Of a DNA stretch of 64,000 nucleotides, positions 10,415 through 19,271 are shown piece by piece (the first letter of the stretch is position 1; every line of letters begins with the position of its first letter). The translations under genes and the position numbers were made by a program. The stretch covers positions 12,470-76,469 of the forward strand of contig JBKQNC010000014.1 of NCBI GenBank assembly GCA_052326445.1. The letters run 5' to 3'. Source of the stretch: Thermoplasmata archaeon (lineage in GTDB: Archaea > Thermoplasmatota > Thermoplasmata > Lutacidiplasmatales > UBA184). The notes beneath the pieces were generated by a model. That model saw nothing but the letters and a program-made list of their open reading frames with translations, was not told where the DNA came from and ran no database searches.

Positions 10415-11565
10415 GGCAGTCCGGGGACCTCCTCGGGGAAGTAGCAGGCGCTCTTGTGGGCGCCCGCCGGGGTGTCGGGCCCGGACGACGCGACCGGGGC
10501 GAGCGGGGGAGGGTTCCCCCGGCAGATGGGCTTCGCGAGCGGGCACCGGGGGTGGAACCGGCACCCGGGCGGAGGACGGGAAAGGTTCGGCACGTTGCCC
10601 GGAATGGAGCGGAGCAGGCCGTCCGACTTGTAGATCCGCGGCGCGGCCGCAAGCAGCATCTTGGTGTAAGGGTGCCGCGGGGAGCGGAACACTTCGTCGA
10701 CCGGGCCGTACTCGACGATCCGTCCCGCATACATCACGCCGATCTCGTCCGCGGTCTCGGCGATCACGCCGAGGTCGTGGCTGATGAACAGAATCGCGGC
10801 ATCGACCTCGTCGATGAGGTCCTTCATGAGGGTCAGGACCTGCGCCTGGATCGTCACGTCGAGCGCGCTCGTCGGCTCGTCGGCGATCAGGAGCTGGGGC
10901 TTCGCGCTCAACGCCATCGCGATCATGATGCGCTGGCGCATCCCGCCGGAGAGCTCGTGCGGGTACAGGTCGATGATCGTCTCCGGGTCATTGATCCGAA
11001 CGAGACGGAGGTAATCCAGGACCTCCTTGCGGTAGTCCGAGCGGGAGCGGGTCCGCTGCTGGACCATCTGCTCGGCGGCTCCCTCGGGAAGGACCGAGCG
11101 GGTCAGCGCGCTCGAGACGGTGGTCGTCGGCCGCTTCGAGTAGTCGAACGGTTTGTCTCCGCCCTGGAACGACTTCAGGATGCCCATTTCCCTAAAGTGC
11201 CGGATCTGGATCGCTTCCACGATCTGGTCGAACACCCGGAAGGACGGGTTGAGGGAGTTCAAGGGCTCCTGGAAGATCATGCCGATTCCGGTGCCACGGA
11301 CCATCGGCATCTGGCGCTTCGGAATGTGGACGAGGTCGGTCCCCCGGAAAATGATCTGTCCCGAGCCGATCGAGGCCGGCGGCTCGGGCATGAGGCGGGG
11401 GATCGCCTGCGCGAGGGTACTCTTGCCACACCCGGTCTCGCCGACGATCCCGACCACGCGCCCGGGATAGATGTCGAGCGAGACGTCGGAGACCGCCTGG
11501 AACTCCCCCGCCCCCACCGTGTAGGTGATCGAGAGGTTCCGGATCGAAAGGATGGGATCGGTCAT
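10411..11565 (-). CDS. ABC transporter ATP-binding protein (OppD/DppD-like)
   Basis: 'GETGCGKST', 'LSGGMRQRIMIAMAL', 'LLIADEPTSALD'; 4-nt overlap with the permease gene upstream. Confidence 0.85.
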   Translation of the reverse strand: MTDPILSIRNLSITYTVGAGEFQAVSDVSLDIYPGRVVGIVGETGCGKSTLAQAIPRLMPEPPASIGSGQIIFRGTDLVHIPKRQMPMVRGTGIGMIFQEPLNSLNPSFRVFDQIVEAIQIRHFREMGILKSFQGGDKPFDYSKRPTTTVSSALTRSVLPEGAAEQMVQQRTRSRSDYRKEVLDYLRLVRINDPETIIDLYPHELSGGMRQRIMIAMALSAKPQLLIADEPTSALDVTIQAQVLTLMKDLIDEVDAAILFISHDLGVIAETADEIGVMYAGRIVEYGPVDEVFRSPRHPYTKMLLAAAPRIYKSDGLLRSIPGNVPNLSRPPPGCRFHPRCPLAKPICRGNPPPLAPVASSGPDTPAGAHKSACYFPEEVPGLP

Positions 11566-12650
11566 GGGCCCGACCCCGGGTCGACGGGCACCGCGGCGAT
11601 CGGGGCGCCGAGGACGCCGGTCGAGACCGCCCCTTCCTTCTCGACCGGCGGGTCGTGGCTGACGGTCCCCCGTACGAACGCCCGCCGGGTCCGGGGGTCA
11701 AGAATGTCCCGAAGGCCATCGCCGAGCAGGCTGAACGCGAGCACCGTGACGAAGATCGCCAGCCCCGGGGCGAGGACCTCCCACGGGTAGGTGTTGATGG
11801 AGCCGGCACTCTGGTAGAACGCCAGCATCGCACCCCACTCGGGCTGCGGTCCCGGATACTTGCTGGCAACGCCGATGAACCCGATGGTCGAGTAGGTGAC
11901 GAGCACCGTGCCGATGTCGAGCGTGAAGTAGACGATGATGGGCTCGAGCAAGTTGCGGACGACGTGGCGGAGGAGGATCCGGCCCTCGCGCACCCCCGCC
12001 GCGCGGGCCGCGGTCACGTACGGGAGGTGTTTGACCGCGAGCACCTCCCCGCGGACCAGCCGGACGTAGAAGGGCCACCATGTGAGGCCGATCGCGAACA
12101 CGACCGGGAGCACCCCGAGCCCGATCGCCCGAGTGATCGCGAGGGCCAGGATGAGACTCGGGAAGGAGAGGAAGATGTCGGTGATGCGCATGATCGTCAC
12201 CGAAACGGCCCCCGAGACCGTCCCGGGCGTGTCGTAGAACCCGGCGATGAGTCCGAGGGCGCCCCCGCCCAGGAGGGCGGCCCCGGCGATGACGAAACCG
12301 ATCGCGAGGTCGAGGGGGAGCGCGAGCATCGTGTTGGAGTAGATGTCGAAACTGTTCGCATCCGTCCCGAACGGGTGCTGCCAGGAGGGAGGCTGGGAGA
12401 AGGCTCCGGTTTCCTGCTGGGCCCCGTAGGGAACGAAGACGTGCAACAGGGGTCCGCCGATGTTCCAGTGAATGCCCTGGAAGTTGAGGATCAGATGGGG
12501 GGTGACGGCGATGATGAGGGCCACGAGGCTGATGAAGGCGACGAGCACGAACCCGAAGAACGTCAGCGGGTTCGACCGGAGGACCCGCCATAACGTCCCG
12601 AGAGACTGGACGACCGAGGAGAGGCGACGCGGTGTGGTCGACTTCGCCAA
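11562..12650 (-). CDS. ABC transporter permease (OppC/DppC-like)
   Basis: 362 aa polytopic membrane protein; BPD_transp_1-like segment 'ALAITRAIGLGVLPVVFAIGLTWWP'. Confidence 0.8.
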   Translation of the reverse strand: MAKSTTPRRLSSVVQSLGTLWRVLRSNPLTFFGFVLVAFISLVALIIAVTPHLILNFQGIHWNIGGPLLHVFVPYGAQQETGAFSQPPSWQHPFGTDANSFDIYSNTMLALPLDLAIGFVIAGAALLGGGALGLIAGFYDTPGTVSGAVSVTIMRITDIFLSFPSLILALAITRAIGLGVLPVVFAIGLTWWPFYVRLVRGEVLAVKHLPYVTAARAAGVREGRILLRHVVRNLLEPIIVYFTLDIGTVLVTYSTIGFIGVASKYPGPQPEWGAMLAFYQSAGSINTYPWEVLAPGLAIFVTVLAFSLLGDGLRDILDPRTRRAFVRGTVSHDPPVEKEGAVSTGVLGAPIAAVPVDPGSGP

Positions 12651-12656
12651 CCCGTC

Positions 12657-13682
12657 CTACCTCCAGTCCACCCGCGGGTCCAGCACGCCGTAGAGAATGT
12701 CGGCGATGAGGTTCGCGACGACGACCCCGATGGCGAAGATGATCACGACCGCGACCGCGCCGGGGTAGTTCGGGACGGTGCCGCCCCCGCCGATCGCGGT
12801 GTAGGCGTACTGGCCAATTCCGGGCCAGGAAAAGACCTCCTCGACGACGACCGTCCCCGAGAGGAGGCCACCCGCCGTCACCCCGAGCACGGTGGTCGTC
12901 GTAATCAGGGCGTTCCGGAGCGCGTGCTTGTACATCACCCAGAACTCGGTGAGCCCCTTCATGCGGGCGGAGCGGACGTAATCGAGGGGGAGGACCTCCA
13001 GCATTGAGGCACGGGTCATCCGCGTGGCGATGCCCATGTTGATGAACGCGAGCACCGTCGCCGGCAGGATCAGGTGGGAGATCGCGTCGACCGTGTACGG
13101 GATGTTGCCCGCGATCAGCGCGTCCAGAACCGACATGTGGGTGTACTGGGGGAAGGGAGGCGTAAGCGTAGAGAACTCCCCGTGGGTCGGGAGGCCGAGA
13201 TACGGTCCTAAGAACACCGCCGCGATCACCGCCCCGAGGTAGGTCGGGGTCGCCCAGCCGCTCAGGTAGAAGATGCGGACCAGATGGTCCCCCACCCGCC
13301 CGCTATACTGGGCCGCGATGACCCCGAGTGGGATCCCGACGAAGATCATCAGGAAGAGGGCGGCGAGGACCAGCTCCATCGTGGCGGGGACCGCCGACAC
13401 GATGTATGGGTAGACGAGGACGCCAGATTGCGACGCCCCCCAGTTCCCCTGGAGGAGGTTCACAAAGTAGTGGAAGAACTGTGTCAGGATTGGCTGGTCC
13501 TGGGTCGCCTCGCAGTTCTTGATCGTCGCCATCCCCGCGTGGGGGTACCAGGCGTTGCAGACGTTGCCCGCGTTCAGATGCGTGAAGAAGAACGTGAGGA
13601 CGATGACCCCGAACAGGACGGGAATGAGTTGGATGAGCCGCTTTCCGACGAAAATTCCGAGGTCTCCCACGCTGCGGCCCAT
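12657..13682 (-). CDS. ABC transporter permease (OppB/DppB-like)
   Basis: 341 aa polytopic membrane protein; conserved permease region 'SARMKGLTEFWVMYKHALRNALI'. Confidence 0.8.
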   Translation of the reverse strand: MGRSVGDLGIFVGKRLIQLIPVLFGVIVLTFFFTHLNAGNVCNAWYPHAGMATIKNCEATQDQPILTQFFHYFVNLLQGNWGASQSGVLVYPYIVSAVPATMELVLAALFLMIFVGIPLGVIAAQYSGRVGDHLVRIFYLSGWATPTYLGAVIAAVFLGPYLGLPTHGEFSTLTPPFPQYTHMSVLDALIAGNIPYTVDAISHLILPATVLAFINMGIATRMTRASMLEVLPLDYVRSARMKGLTEFWVMYKHALRNALITTTTVLGVTAGGLLSGTVVVEEVFSWPGIGQYAYTAIGGGGTVPNYPGAVAVVIIFAIGVVVANLIADILYGVLDPRVDWR

Positions 13683-13794
13683 CTCGACCGGGCCTCAGGC
13701 GAGCGGGGGAATCGGCGACCCACCCATCGGGGGCGTTACGGAGTCCCCCTATTAATTCGACAGCTTGGGCGCTTTTCGAGCCGTCGGGCGCGAA

Positions 13795-15516
13795 TCACGG
13801 AAGATAATCGCGCGGGAGCGTCTTCAACTCCGCGAACGTCTCGTGGGCGATGGAGATGAACTTCTCGATGTCCTTGTCCGTGTGGGCGCTCGAGAAGGTG
13901 ATCCGCTCGTAGTTGTCGGGGTGGATGTAGATCCCCTTGTCCAGCAAGAGCTGGTGGTGCCGCAGGTAGAGGTTCCAGTCGATCTGGAGCGATTCGCGGT
14001 AGTTCGAGATCTTCTTGCGGCGCGTGAAGAAGAACTGCAGCATCCCGTTGACCGACTGGACGAGGACATTGACCTTGGTGTCGTGGGCGGCCTCCTCGAG
14101 CCCCTTTTCGAGGCGCGTCGTCATCCGGGCGAACCGGGCGTAGAGGTCCTCCCCGCCCTTGTGGAGCATCTTCAGGTTCGCCAGCGAGCCGGCGAGCGAG
14201 ATGTTGTTCGCGAAGTAGGTCCCGCCGAACGAGATCCGCCCGGGGGCGATCAGGTCCATGTACTCGGCCTTGCCCGAAACGGCCGAGATCGGAACCCCGC
14301 CGCCCAGCGCCTTCGCCCAGCAGGAGATGTCCGGCTCGACCCCGTAGAGCTCCTGGGCGCCGCCCGGCGCCACCCGGAACCCCGTGAACACCTCGTCAAA
14401 GATCACCAGGAGGTCGTTCTGGTGCGCGATCTCGATGATCCGCTTCAGGTAGTTCGGCTCGGGCGGGATGATGCCCGAGTTGGCCATGATCGGCTCCAGG
14501 ATGACGGCCGCGAGGCGGTCGCGGTAGCGTCGGACCATCCGCTCGAACGACGTGACGGAGTTGTACTGGGCGACCATGACGTAGTCCGTGACCCCGGGCG
14601 GGATCCCCGCGGAGTTCAGGATCGGCCGGGGGTACTCGTCCAGGCCCGCGACGCTGGGGGGCGCCTCCGAGCTGATCAGAGCGTAATCGTGCTGACCATG
14701 GTAGTGGCCCTCGAACTTCAGGATGGCATCCTTCCCGGTCACGGCCCGGGCGATCCGGATCGCGTTCATGGTCGCGTCCGACCCGTTCGAGCAGAAGGCG
14801 ACCTTCGAGGCGGTGGGGACCATCTTCTGGAACAGTTTCGCGACCTCAATCTCGAGGGCCGTAGGCGCGGCGAAGTGGAGGCCGAGCTCGGCCCGCTCCT
14901 GGATCGCCTTCACCTGCTCGCGCGGGGCGTGGCCGTTGATGAGGCACCCGTACGCGAGGTTGAAGTCGAGGTACTCGTTCCCGTCCTCGTCCCAGATGCG
15001 GGCCCCCTTTCCGGCGGCGATGAAGGGGGGGCACGGGTCGTAGGAGGCGACCCGGATCAGCGAACTCGAGGAGTTGGGGATGTGCTTCTTGCCCTCTTCG
15101 AAGAGCCGAGCGCTCTTCTTCATCTTCGGAACGAGGCGGGCGATCGAGATCGGTAGCGGGGTGGCCTCGGACTCGGCGGCCGCGGCCCCACCGGAGGTCG
15201 AATCCTTGGCTTCCGCGCTCTCCTTCGACTCCTTGGTCTCCTTCGCTTCCTTGGGTTCGGCCTTGGGCTCGGCCCTCGGCTCGGCCTTCTCCTTCGGACT
15301 CTCCTTCGGCTCGGCCTTCTCCCTGGGACCTTCCTTCGGCTCCGCTTTCTCCTTCGCAGGAGGTTCGGGGGAGGGGGTCGGAGGCTGGACCTCGGTCTCG
15401 GCGGCGCTCAGCTGCCGCTCGGCCAGGCGGTCGCCGAGGAGGGTCCGGTCCGGGCCGGCCTCGGGCTCGCGGGAGCCAATGGGAGGAGCGGGTTGCATGT
15501 CCGCCATAGGTAACAC
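13795..15516 (-). CDS. Class III aminotransferase (glutamate-1-semialdehyde 2,1-aminomutase-like) with a ~130-aa Lys/Glu/Pro-repeat N-terminal extension
   Basis: C-terminal 440 aa match the HemL-like fold ('LFEEGKKHIPNSSSSLIRVASYDPCPPFIAAGKGARIWDEDGNEYLDF', 'LLVIFDEVFTGFRVAPGGAQELYGVEPDISCWAKALGGG'). The N-terminus 'PPAKEKAEPKEGPREKAEPKESPKEKAEPRAEPKAEPKEAKETKESKE' stays in-frame from a GTG at 15516 (ATG codons at residues 4 and 7). An alternative conventional start, M132 (MKKSARLFEEGKK), lies at 15123. Confidence 0.7.
   Translation of the reverse strand: MLPMADMQPAPPIGSREPEAGPDRTLLGDRLAERQLSAAETEVQPPTPSPEPPAKEKAEPKEGPREKAEPKESPKEKAEPRAEPKAEPKEAKETKESKESAEAKDSTSGGAAAAESEATPLPISIARLVPKMKKSARLFEEGKKHIPNSSSSLIRVASYDPCPPFIAAGKGARIWDEDGNEYLDFNLAYGCLINGHAPREQVKAIQERAELGLHFAAPTALEIEVAKLFQKMVPTASKVAFCSNGSDATMNAIRIARAVTGKDAILKFEGHYHGQHDYALISSEAPPSVAGLDEYPRPILNSAGIPPGVTDYVMVAQYNSVTSFERMVRRYRDRLAAVILEPIMANSGIIPPEPNYLKRIIEIAHQNDLLVIFDEVFTGFRVAPGGAQELYGVEPDISCWAKALGGGVPISAVSGKAEYMDLIAPGRISFGGTYFANNISLAGSLANLKMLHKGGEDLYARFARMTTRLEKGLEEAAHDTKVNVLVQSVNGMLQFFFTRRKKISNYRESLQIDWNLYLRHHQLLLDKGIYIHPDNYERITFSSAHTDKDIEKFISIAHETFAELKTLPRDYLP
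15201..15366. repeat. Tandem ~21-nt imperfect direct repeats ('ctccttcggctcggccttctcc'-like) encoding the EKAEPKE(G/S)P(K/R) protein repeats
   Basis: Read directly in the sequence at 15230-15360: repeated 'ctccttcggctcggccttctcc(ct)' units. Confidence 0.6.
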
Positions 15517-15546
15517 ATCGTGGAGTGGCCGACGACCCGATGGAGG

Positions 15547-15556
15547 CTATATATAG
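15547..15556 (-). promoter_or_regulatory. Palindromic TATA-box-like element 'CTATATATAG' about 30-40 bp upstream of the aminotransferase start
   Basis: An AT-rich island in otherwise GC-rich DNA, positioned as an archaeal TATA box for a near-leaderless transcript. Confidence 0.45.
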
Positions 15557-15703
15557 ATGGCTGAGGGCGGGAAGCAAATTTCCGTTCGGTTTTCCCGATT
15601 AGGGGCCGTACCAAAATATGCACTTAGAGGGCACATTCGTGCATTTAGGCCGTGCCAACCTGCCCTAAATGACACTTGGCGCTCCAAAACAGGCGGTTTT
15701 AGC

Positions 15704-16900
15704 CTATTTTGAACCGGCCCGTGCCGGGGGCAACGGAGCCTCTCCGGGGATGATGGCGGTCTCGATCCCGCGCTGCTTCAACGCGGCCCGGAACGGCCCC
15801 GGAGGGATGCACCGCTCGGGCGGAACGACGCCCTTTTCGGTCACGACCCCCGCGGCGATCAGCTCCGCCCCGACGGCTCCCGCGACGCCGACCGCGTACT
15901 CCGTCACCGTGAGCTGCCAGTCCGGGCGCGGGGGGAATCGGGCGAGGGCGTGCCGCACGAGAGGGCGACCGTCCTTCGTACCCTTCAGTTCGATGTCGCA
16001 GACCTCCCAGTCGTGGATCTCGACCCCCTCCGGGGCGCCGAGCAGCTTGTCCCGCTTCAGGAGGGCGAGGATGAACTCCTTCGGGACCACCGGATGTTCC
16101 TTCACCTCGACCGCGCGGTCGGAACCGAGGCCCAGCTGGGCCATCGTCCGCAGGATCTCGATCCCGGGACCGCCCTCCTTCCACTCGCAGTGCTGGATCC
16201 CCTTCGAGCGCAGGCTCTCCGGCAGGGTCGCCGGCTCCGAATGCAGCGTCCGGTAGACCCGGGTCCGCCCAACGGGCGCGGGGAAATCGTACTCCTCGGC
16301 CCCGCTCATCGCCGGGTAGTCCCGGTAAGCACCGTTCTCGAAGACGACCGCCGGGAGCACCATCTCGTCGAGGAAGGTGCTCGGAGACCACGTGAAGAGC
16401 ACCTCGGGCCCATTCACCGTGAGGTCTCGCCAGCCGTCCCGGATCACGAGCGAGTCGACCCGGTCGAATCCCTGGGCGGCCTCCATCGCGAGCACGTTGG
16501 AGATCCCCGGCACCTGACCCAGGCCCGGGATCGCGATCAGGCCCGCCGCGCGGAACCGCTCGTCGAGCGCGAGCTGGCGCCGGGTCATGTGGAAGAGGCC
16601 CCCAAAGTCGAGGTAGGGCACTCGGGCTTCGAGCGCCGCTTCCATGACCTCGAGGTTGAACCCGTACTGGACGGCGTTCACGCAGACGGCCGCGCCCCGG
16701 AGCAGGGAGACAACGGCGCGGCGGTCGCGGACGTCCAGGGATTCGGCCCGGGCGCGGGCCCCGGCGGCCTTGGCCGCGGCCTCCGCGAGTCCCCGGTCCA
16801 GGTCGGCGGCGACGACCTCGTCGAACATGCCCGAGGAAGCGAGGTCTCGTACCGAGCATCGGCCCGTCAACCCGCCGCCGCCGAGCACGACCGCCTTCAT
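15704..16900 (-). CDS. Saccharopine dehydrogenase family NAD(P)-binding protein (lysine/saccharopine or carboxy(nor)spermidine dehydrogenase-like)
   Basis: 398 aa; N-terminal Rossmann 'MKAVVLGGGGLTGRCSVRDLA'; overall Sacchrp_dh-like organisation; a 'CCTATAGG' TATA-like element lies about 30 bp upstream (16929-16939). Confidence 0.7.
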   Translation of the reverse strand: MKAVVLGGGGLTGRCSVRDLASSGMFDEVVAADLDRGLAEAAAKAAGARARAESLDVRDRRAVVSLLRGAAVCVNAVQYGFNLEVMEAALEARVPYLDFGGLFHMTRRQLALDERFRAAGLIAIPGLGQVPGISNVLAMEAAQGFDRVDSLVIRDGWRDLTVNGPEVLFTWSPSTFLDEMVLPAVVFENGAYRDYPAMSGAEEYDFPAPVGRTRVYRTLHSEPATLPESLRSKGIQHCEWKEGGPGIEILRTMAQLGLGSDRAVEVKEHPVVPKEFILALLKRDKLLGAPEGVEIHDWEVCDIELKGTKDGRPLVRHALARFPPRPDWQLTVTEYAVGVAGAVGAELIAAGVVTEKGVVPPERCIPPGPFRAALKQRGIETAIIPGEAPLPPARAGSK

Positions 16901-16945
16901 CGAATACCCTCGGCCCCGGCAGCGGGTCGGCCTATAGGACGGTTT

Positions 16946-17593
16946 TCAGGGGGTCTTCTTGGCGGGCGAGCGACTAGGGCGCTTCGCCAGGACCGGAACC
17001 TCGCCCGGGGCCGCCGCCGTCACGGACGGAGCCGGGGGGGCAGGAGGAGCGTTCTTGGTTCGGTTCCACAGGTCGCGGAACGTCTCGAAATGCTTCAGGA
17101 AGGCGTCCGTCCGCCGGAGTTCCTCGAGCTCCCCCAGGGAGATCTCGAGCAGCGCCTTCGCCTTTGGGTCCCCGGCGTCGGCTTTCGCGAGGTAGACGCA
17201 CAGGACCTGGTAGTGAGGAAGGACATACGCATCGGTGCGCGGCGTGCTCATGTCCCCCTTCCGGGGACGGTAGATCCGCTCGATCGGGACCGCGCTCGCG
17301 ATCGCCTTCCGGTGCGAGAACCCGAAGAACCGCCCCGGCCCGAGGATGCGGGTCACCTCCCGGACGTTCCCGTTCAGGTTGTTGGAAAGCCGGTCGCACT
17401 CGTGCCAGCACCAGAGCCCGAACCCGAAGTCGCCTTCTTGGTACGCCTCCCACGCCGCGCCGTAGAGCCGCCGTTCCTTCTCCTCGACGGAGGCCTCGAC
17501 CGGGAGCGCCGCCCGCCAGTCGGAGACCATGAGGTCGACCCGCATCGACGGGGAGAACTCCTTTCGTTCGGGCACGTCGAAGGGAGCCGCCAT
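16946..17593 (-). CDS. Hypothetical protein (215 aa)
   Basis: Non-biased composition ('GLWCWHECDRLSNNLNGNVREVTRILGPGRFFGFSHRKAIAS'); function not recognised. Confidence 0.45.
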   Translation of the reverse strand: MAAPFDVPERKEFSPSMRVDLMVSDWRAALPVEASVEEKERRLYGAAWEAYQEGDFGFGLWCWHECDRLSNNLNGNVREVTRILGPGRFFGFSHRKAIASAVPIERIYRPRKGDMSTPRTDAYVLPHYQVLCVYLAKADAGDPKAKALLEISLGELEELRRTDAFLKHFETFRDLWNRTKNAPPAPPAPSVTAAAPGEVPVLAKRPSRSPAKKTP

Positions 17594-17615
17594 ACCCCGT
17601 CGAGCCCAGCGTGAC

Positions 17616-19196
17616 CTAAGACGGCTGTGGTTCCCCGCTGGCGGCCCGGTCGAACACGCACACGCCCCCGACCCAGGTGGAGAGGACCGTGCTCGACCCT
17701 ACGGAGATCGCCCGCTCGAGCTCGGTCGCGCCCGTGACTACGAGGTCGGCCCGGAACCCGGGTTCCAGGGTCCCCACGTCGCGCTCTCCCAGGGCCCTCG
17801 CCGCGTTCCGGGTGTACATATCGAGCGCCTGCGGGCCCCTCAACGTCTCGTCCGGAGTCGCATTTGCGGACCCGCCTTCCGGGGAAGTACGGTGGAGCGC
17901 GGCGGCCAGGCCGACCCAGGGGTCGGGGGAATCGAACGGCGCGTCGCTCGACCCGGCGAGATGATGGCCCCGGCCGATCAGGGTCCGGAACGGATACGCC
18001 CACCGGGCCCGGGCCGACCCGAGGCGGTCGCCGAGCCACCAGTCCGTCCAGAGGAAGCCGGGCTGGACGACGAGGGCCGGGCGGACCCGGTCGAGGAGGG
18101 GAAAGACCGTCGGAGGCGCAAGCGAGGCATGCTCGATGCGGGCCGGTCGAGACCCTCCCGTCCCCACCCGTTCGAGCGCATGGAGGGCCTCGGCGAGCGC
18201 CGCGTCCCCGATCGCATGGACTGCCGGCGCGCAACCCTGCTCGCGGCACCGCGTCAGGAACGCGGTGAGCTCGCCGTCGCGCAGGGTCGGGACTCCGACC
18301 TCGTAGGTGCGGTCCGCATACGGCTCGGTCAGCCACGCGGTTCGGGGGCCGAACGCGCCGTCGGCGAACGCCTTCATGCCCACGAGGGACACCCCGCTCG
18401 CGGCGACGGAGCTCTGCCAGTCGGACGGTGTGAAATCGGCCCACCGCGATACCCGACCGTAGCAGAGGATACGGAGCGTGGGGCGCGAGCGAAGGGCCTC
18501 CTGGAGGGCGTGGAACTCCTCCGGGGGAGCGTTCATCGTGGCGACGGTCGTGATCCCGAGCGCGTTTACCATCCGTACGGTCCGCGCGAGCGCGGCAGGG
18601 TCGGGCGGCTCCGCGGGGCCGGCCAGCCGGCCCACGGCATCGAGCGCCCGCTCGTAGACGACCCCGTCCAGCGCCCCGTCCGAATCGCGGCCGAGACGCC
18701 CACCGGGGGAATCGACCGTGGCCTCCGAAAACCCGGCAGCAACCACGGCCGCCCGGTTCAAGACCGCGGAATGGCCGCTCGCGTGGTAGAGGATCACCGG
18801 ACGGTCCGAGACCACCCGGTCGAGGTCCCAGGAGTTCGGGTCGCGCCGATCCTCGAGCCGGTCGGTCGACCAACCTCGACCCACGAGCGCCCCGGTCGGG
18901 TGGGTCTGGGCCCACGCGGCGAGGACGTCCTGGAGCTCCCGGATCGACCGCACCCCGTGAAGGTCGAGACCCTCCCGCACCCGGGTCATCTCGGTGAGGT
19001 GGAGGTGGGCGTCGATCAGGCCCGGGATCACGACCCGACCGCCCAGGGGAAGGACTTCGGTCCCCGGCGGGCTCGCTTTTCGGGTCTCTTCCTCGCTCCC
19101 CGCGGCAACGACCCGACCCTCCTGGATGAGGAGGGATTCGACCGTCCGGCGGCCGGTAAGGATGCGACCTTGGGAGAATCGGCGGGCTTCGGTCAT
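17616..19196 (-). CDS. Amidohydrolase family protein (Amidohydro_3 / YtcJ-like metal-dependent hydrolase)
   Basis: 526 aa; 'VIPGLIDAHLHL' metal-binding HxH; 'AIGDAALAEALHALE', 'HASLAPP'. Confidence 0.8.
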   Translation of the reverse strand: MTEARRFSQGRILTGRRTVESLLIQEGRVVAAGSEEETRKASPPGTEVLPLGGRVVIPGLIDAHLHLTEMTRVREGLDLHGVRSIRELQDVLAAWAQTHPTGALVGRGWSTDRLEDRRDPNSWDLDRVVSDRPVILYHASGHSAVLNRAAVVAAGFSEATVDSPGGRLGRDSDGALDGVVYERALDAVGRLAGPAEPPDPAALARTVRMVNALGITTVATMNAPPEEFHALQEALRSRPTLRILCYGRVSRWADFTPSDWQSSVAASGVSLVGMKAFADGAFGPRTAWLTEPYADRTYEVGVPTLRDGELTAFLTRCREQGCAPAVHAIGDAALAEALHALERVGTGGSRPARIEHASLAPPTVFPLLDRVRPALVVQPGFLWTDWWLGDRLGSARARWAYPFRTLIGRGHHLAGSSDAPFDSPDPWVGLAAALHRTSPEGGSANATPDETLRGPQALDMYTRNAARALGERDVGTLEPGFRADLVVTGATELERAISVGSSTVLSTWVGGVCVFDRAASGEPQPS

Positions 19197-19271
19197 GGCG
19201 TTCGCCGCTTCCCGAGACCCGCCGCGGAAGAAAGCGGGAGCGGGGGAGGGCCCCCACGCCCCGGGTTCGCC

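Noticed and set aside
9309-10730. 473-aa minus-strand ORF overlapping the two ABC ATPase genes
   Set aside because: An out-of-frame Arg/Pro/Gly-rich translation. The Walker A and signature motifs are in the other frames (9305..10414 and 10411..11565).
13765-15156. 463-aa plus-strand ORF
   Set aside because: Antisense to the HemL-like aminotransferase; Arg/Asp/Val-rich with no motif. The minus-strand frame carries the class III aminotransferase signatures.
15699-16859. 386-aa minus-strand ORF overlapping the saccharopine-DH gene
   Set aside because: Frame +1 relative to 15704..16900. The product is Arg/Gly/Pro-rich, whereas the chosen frame begins with a textbook Rossmann motif (MKAVVLGGGG).
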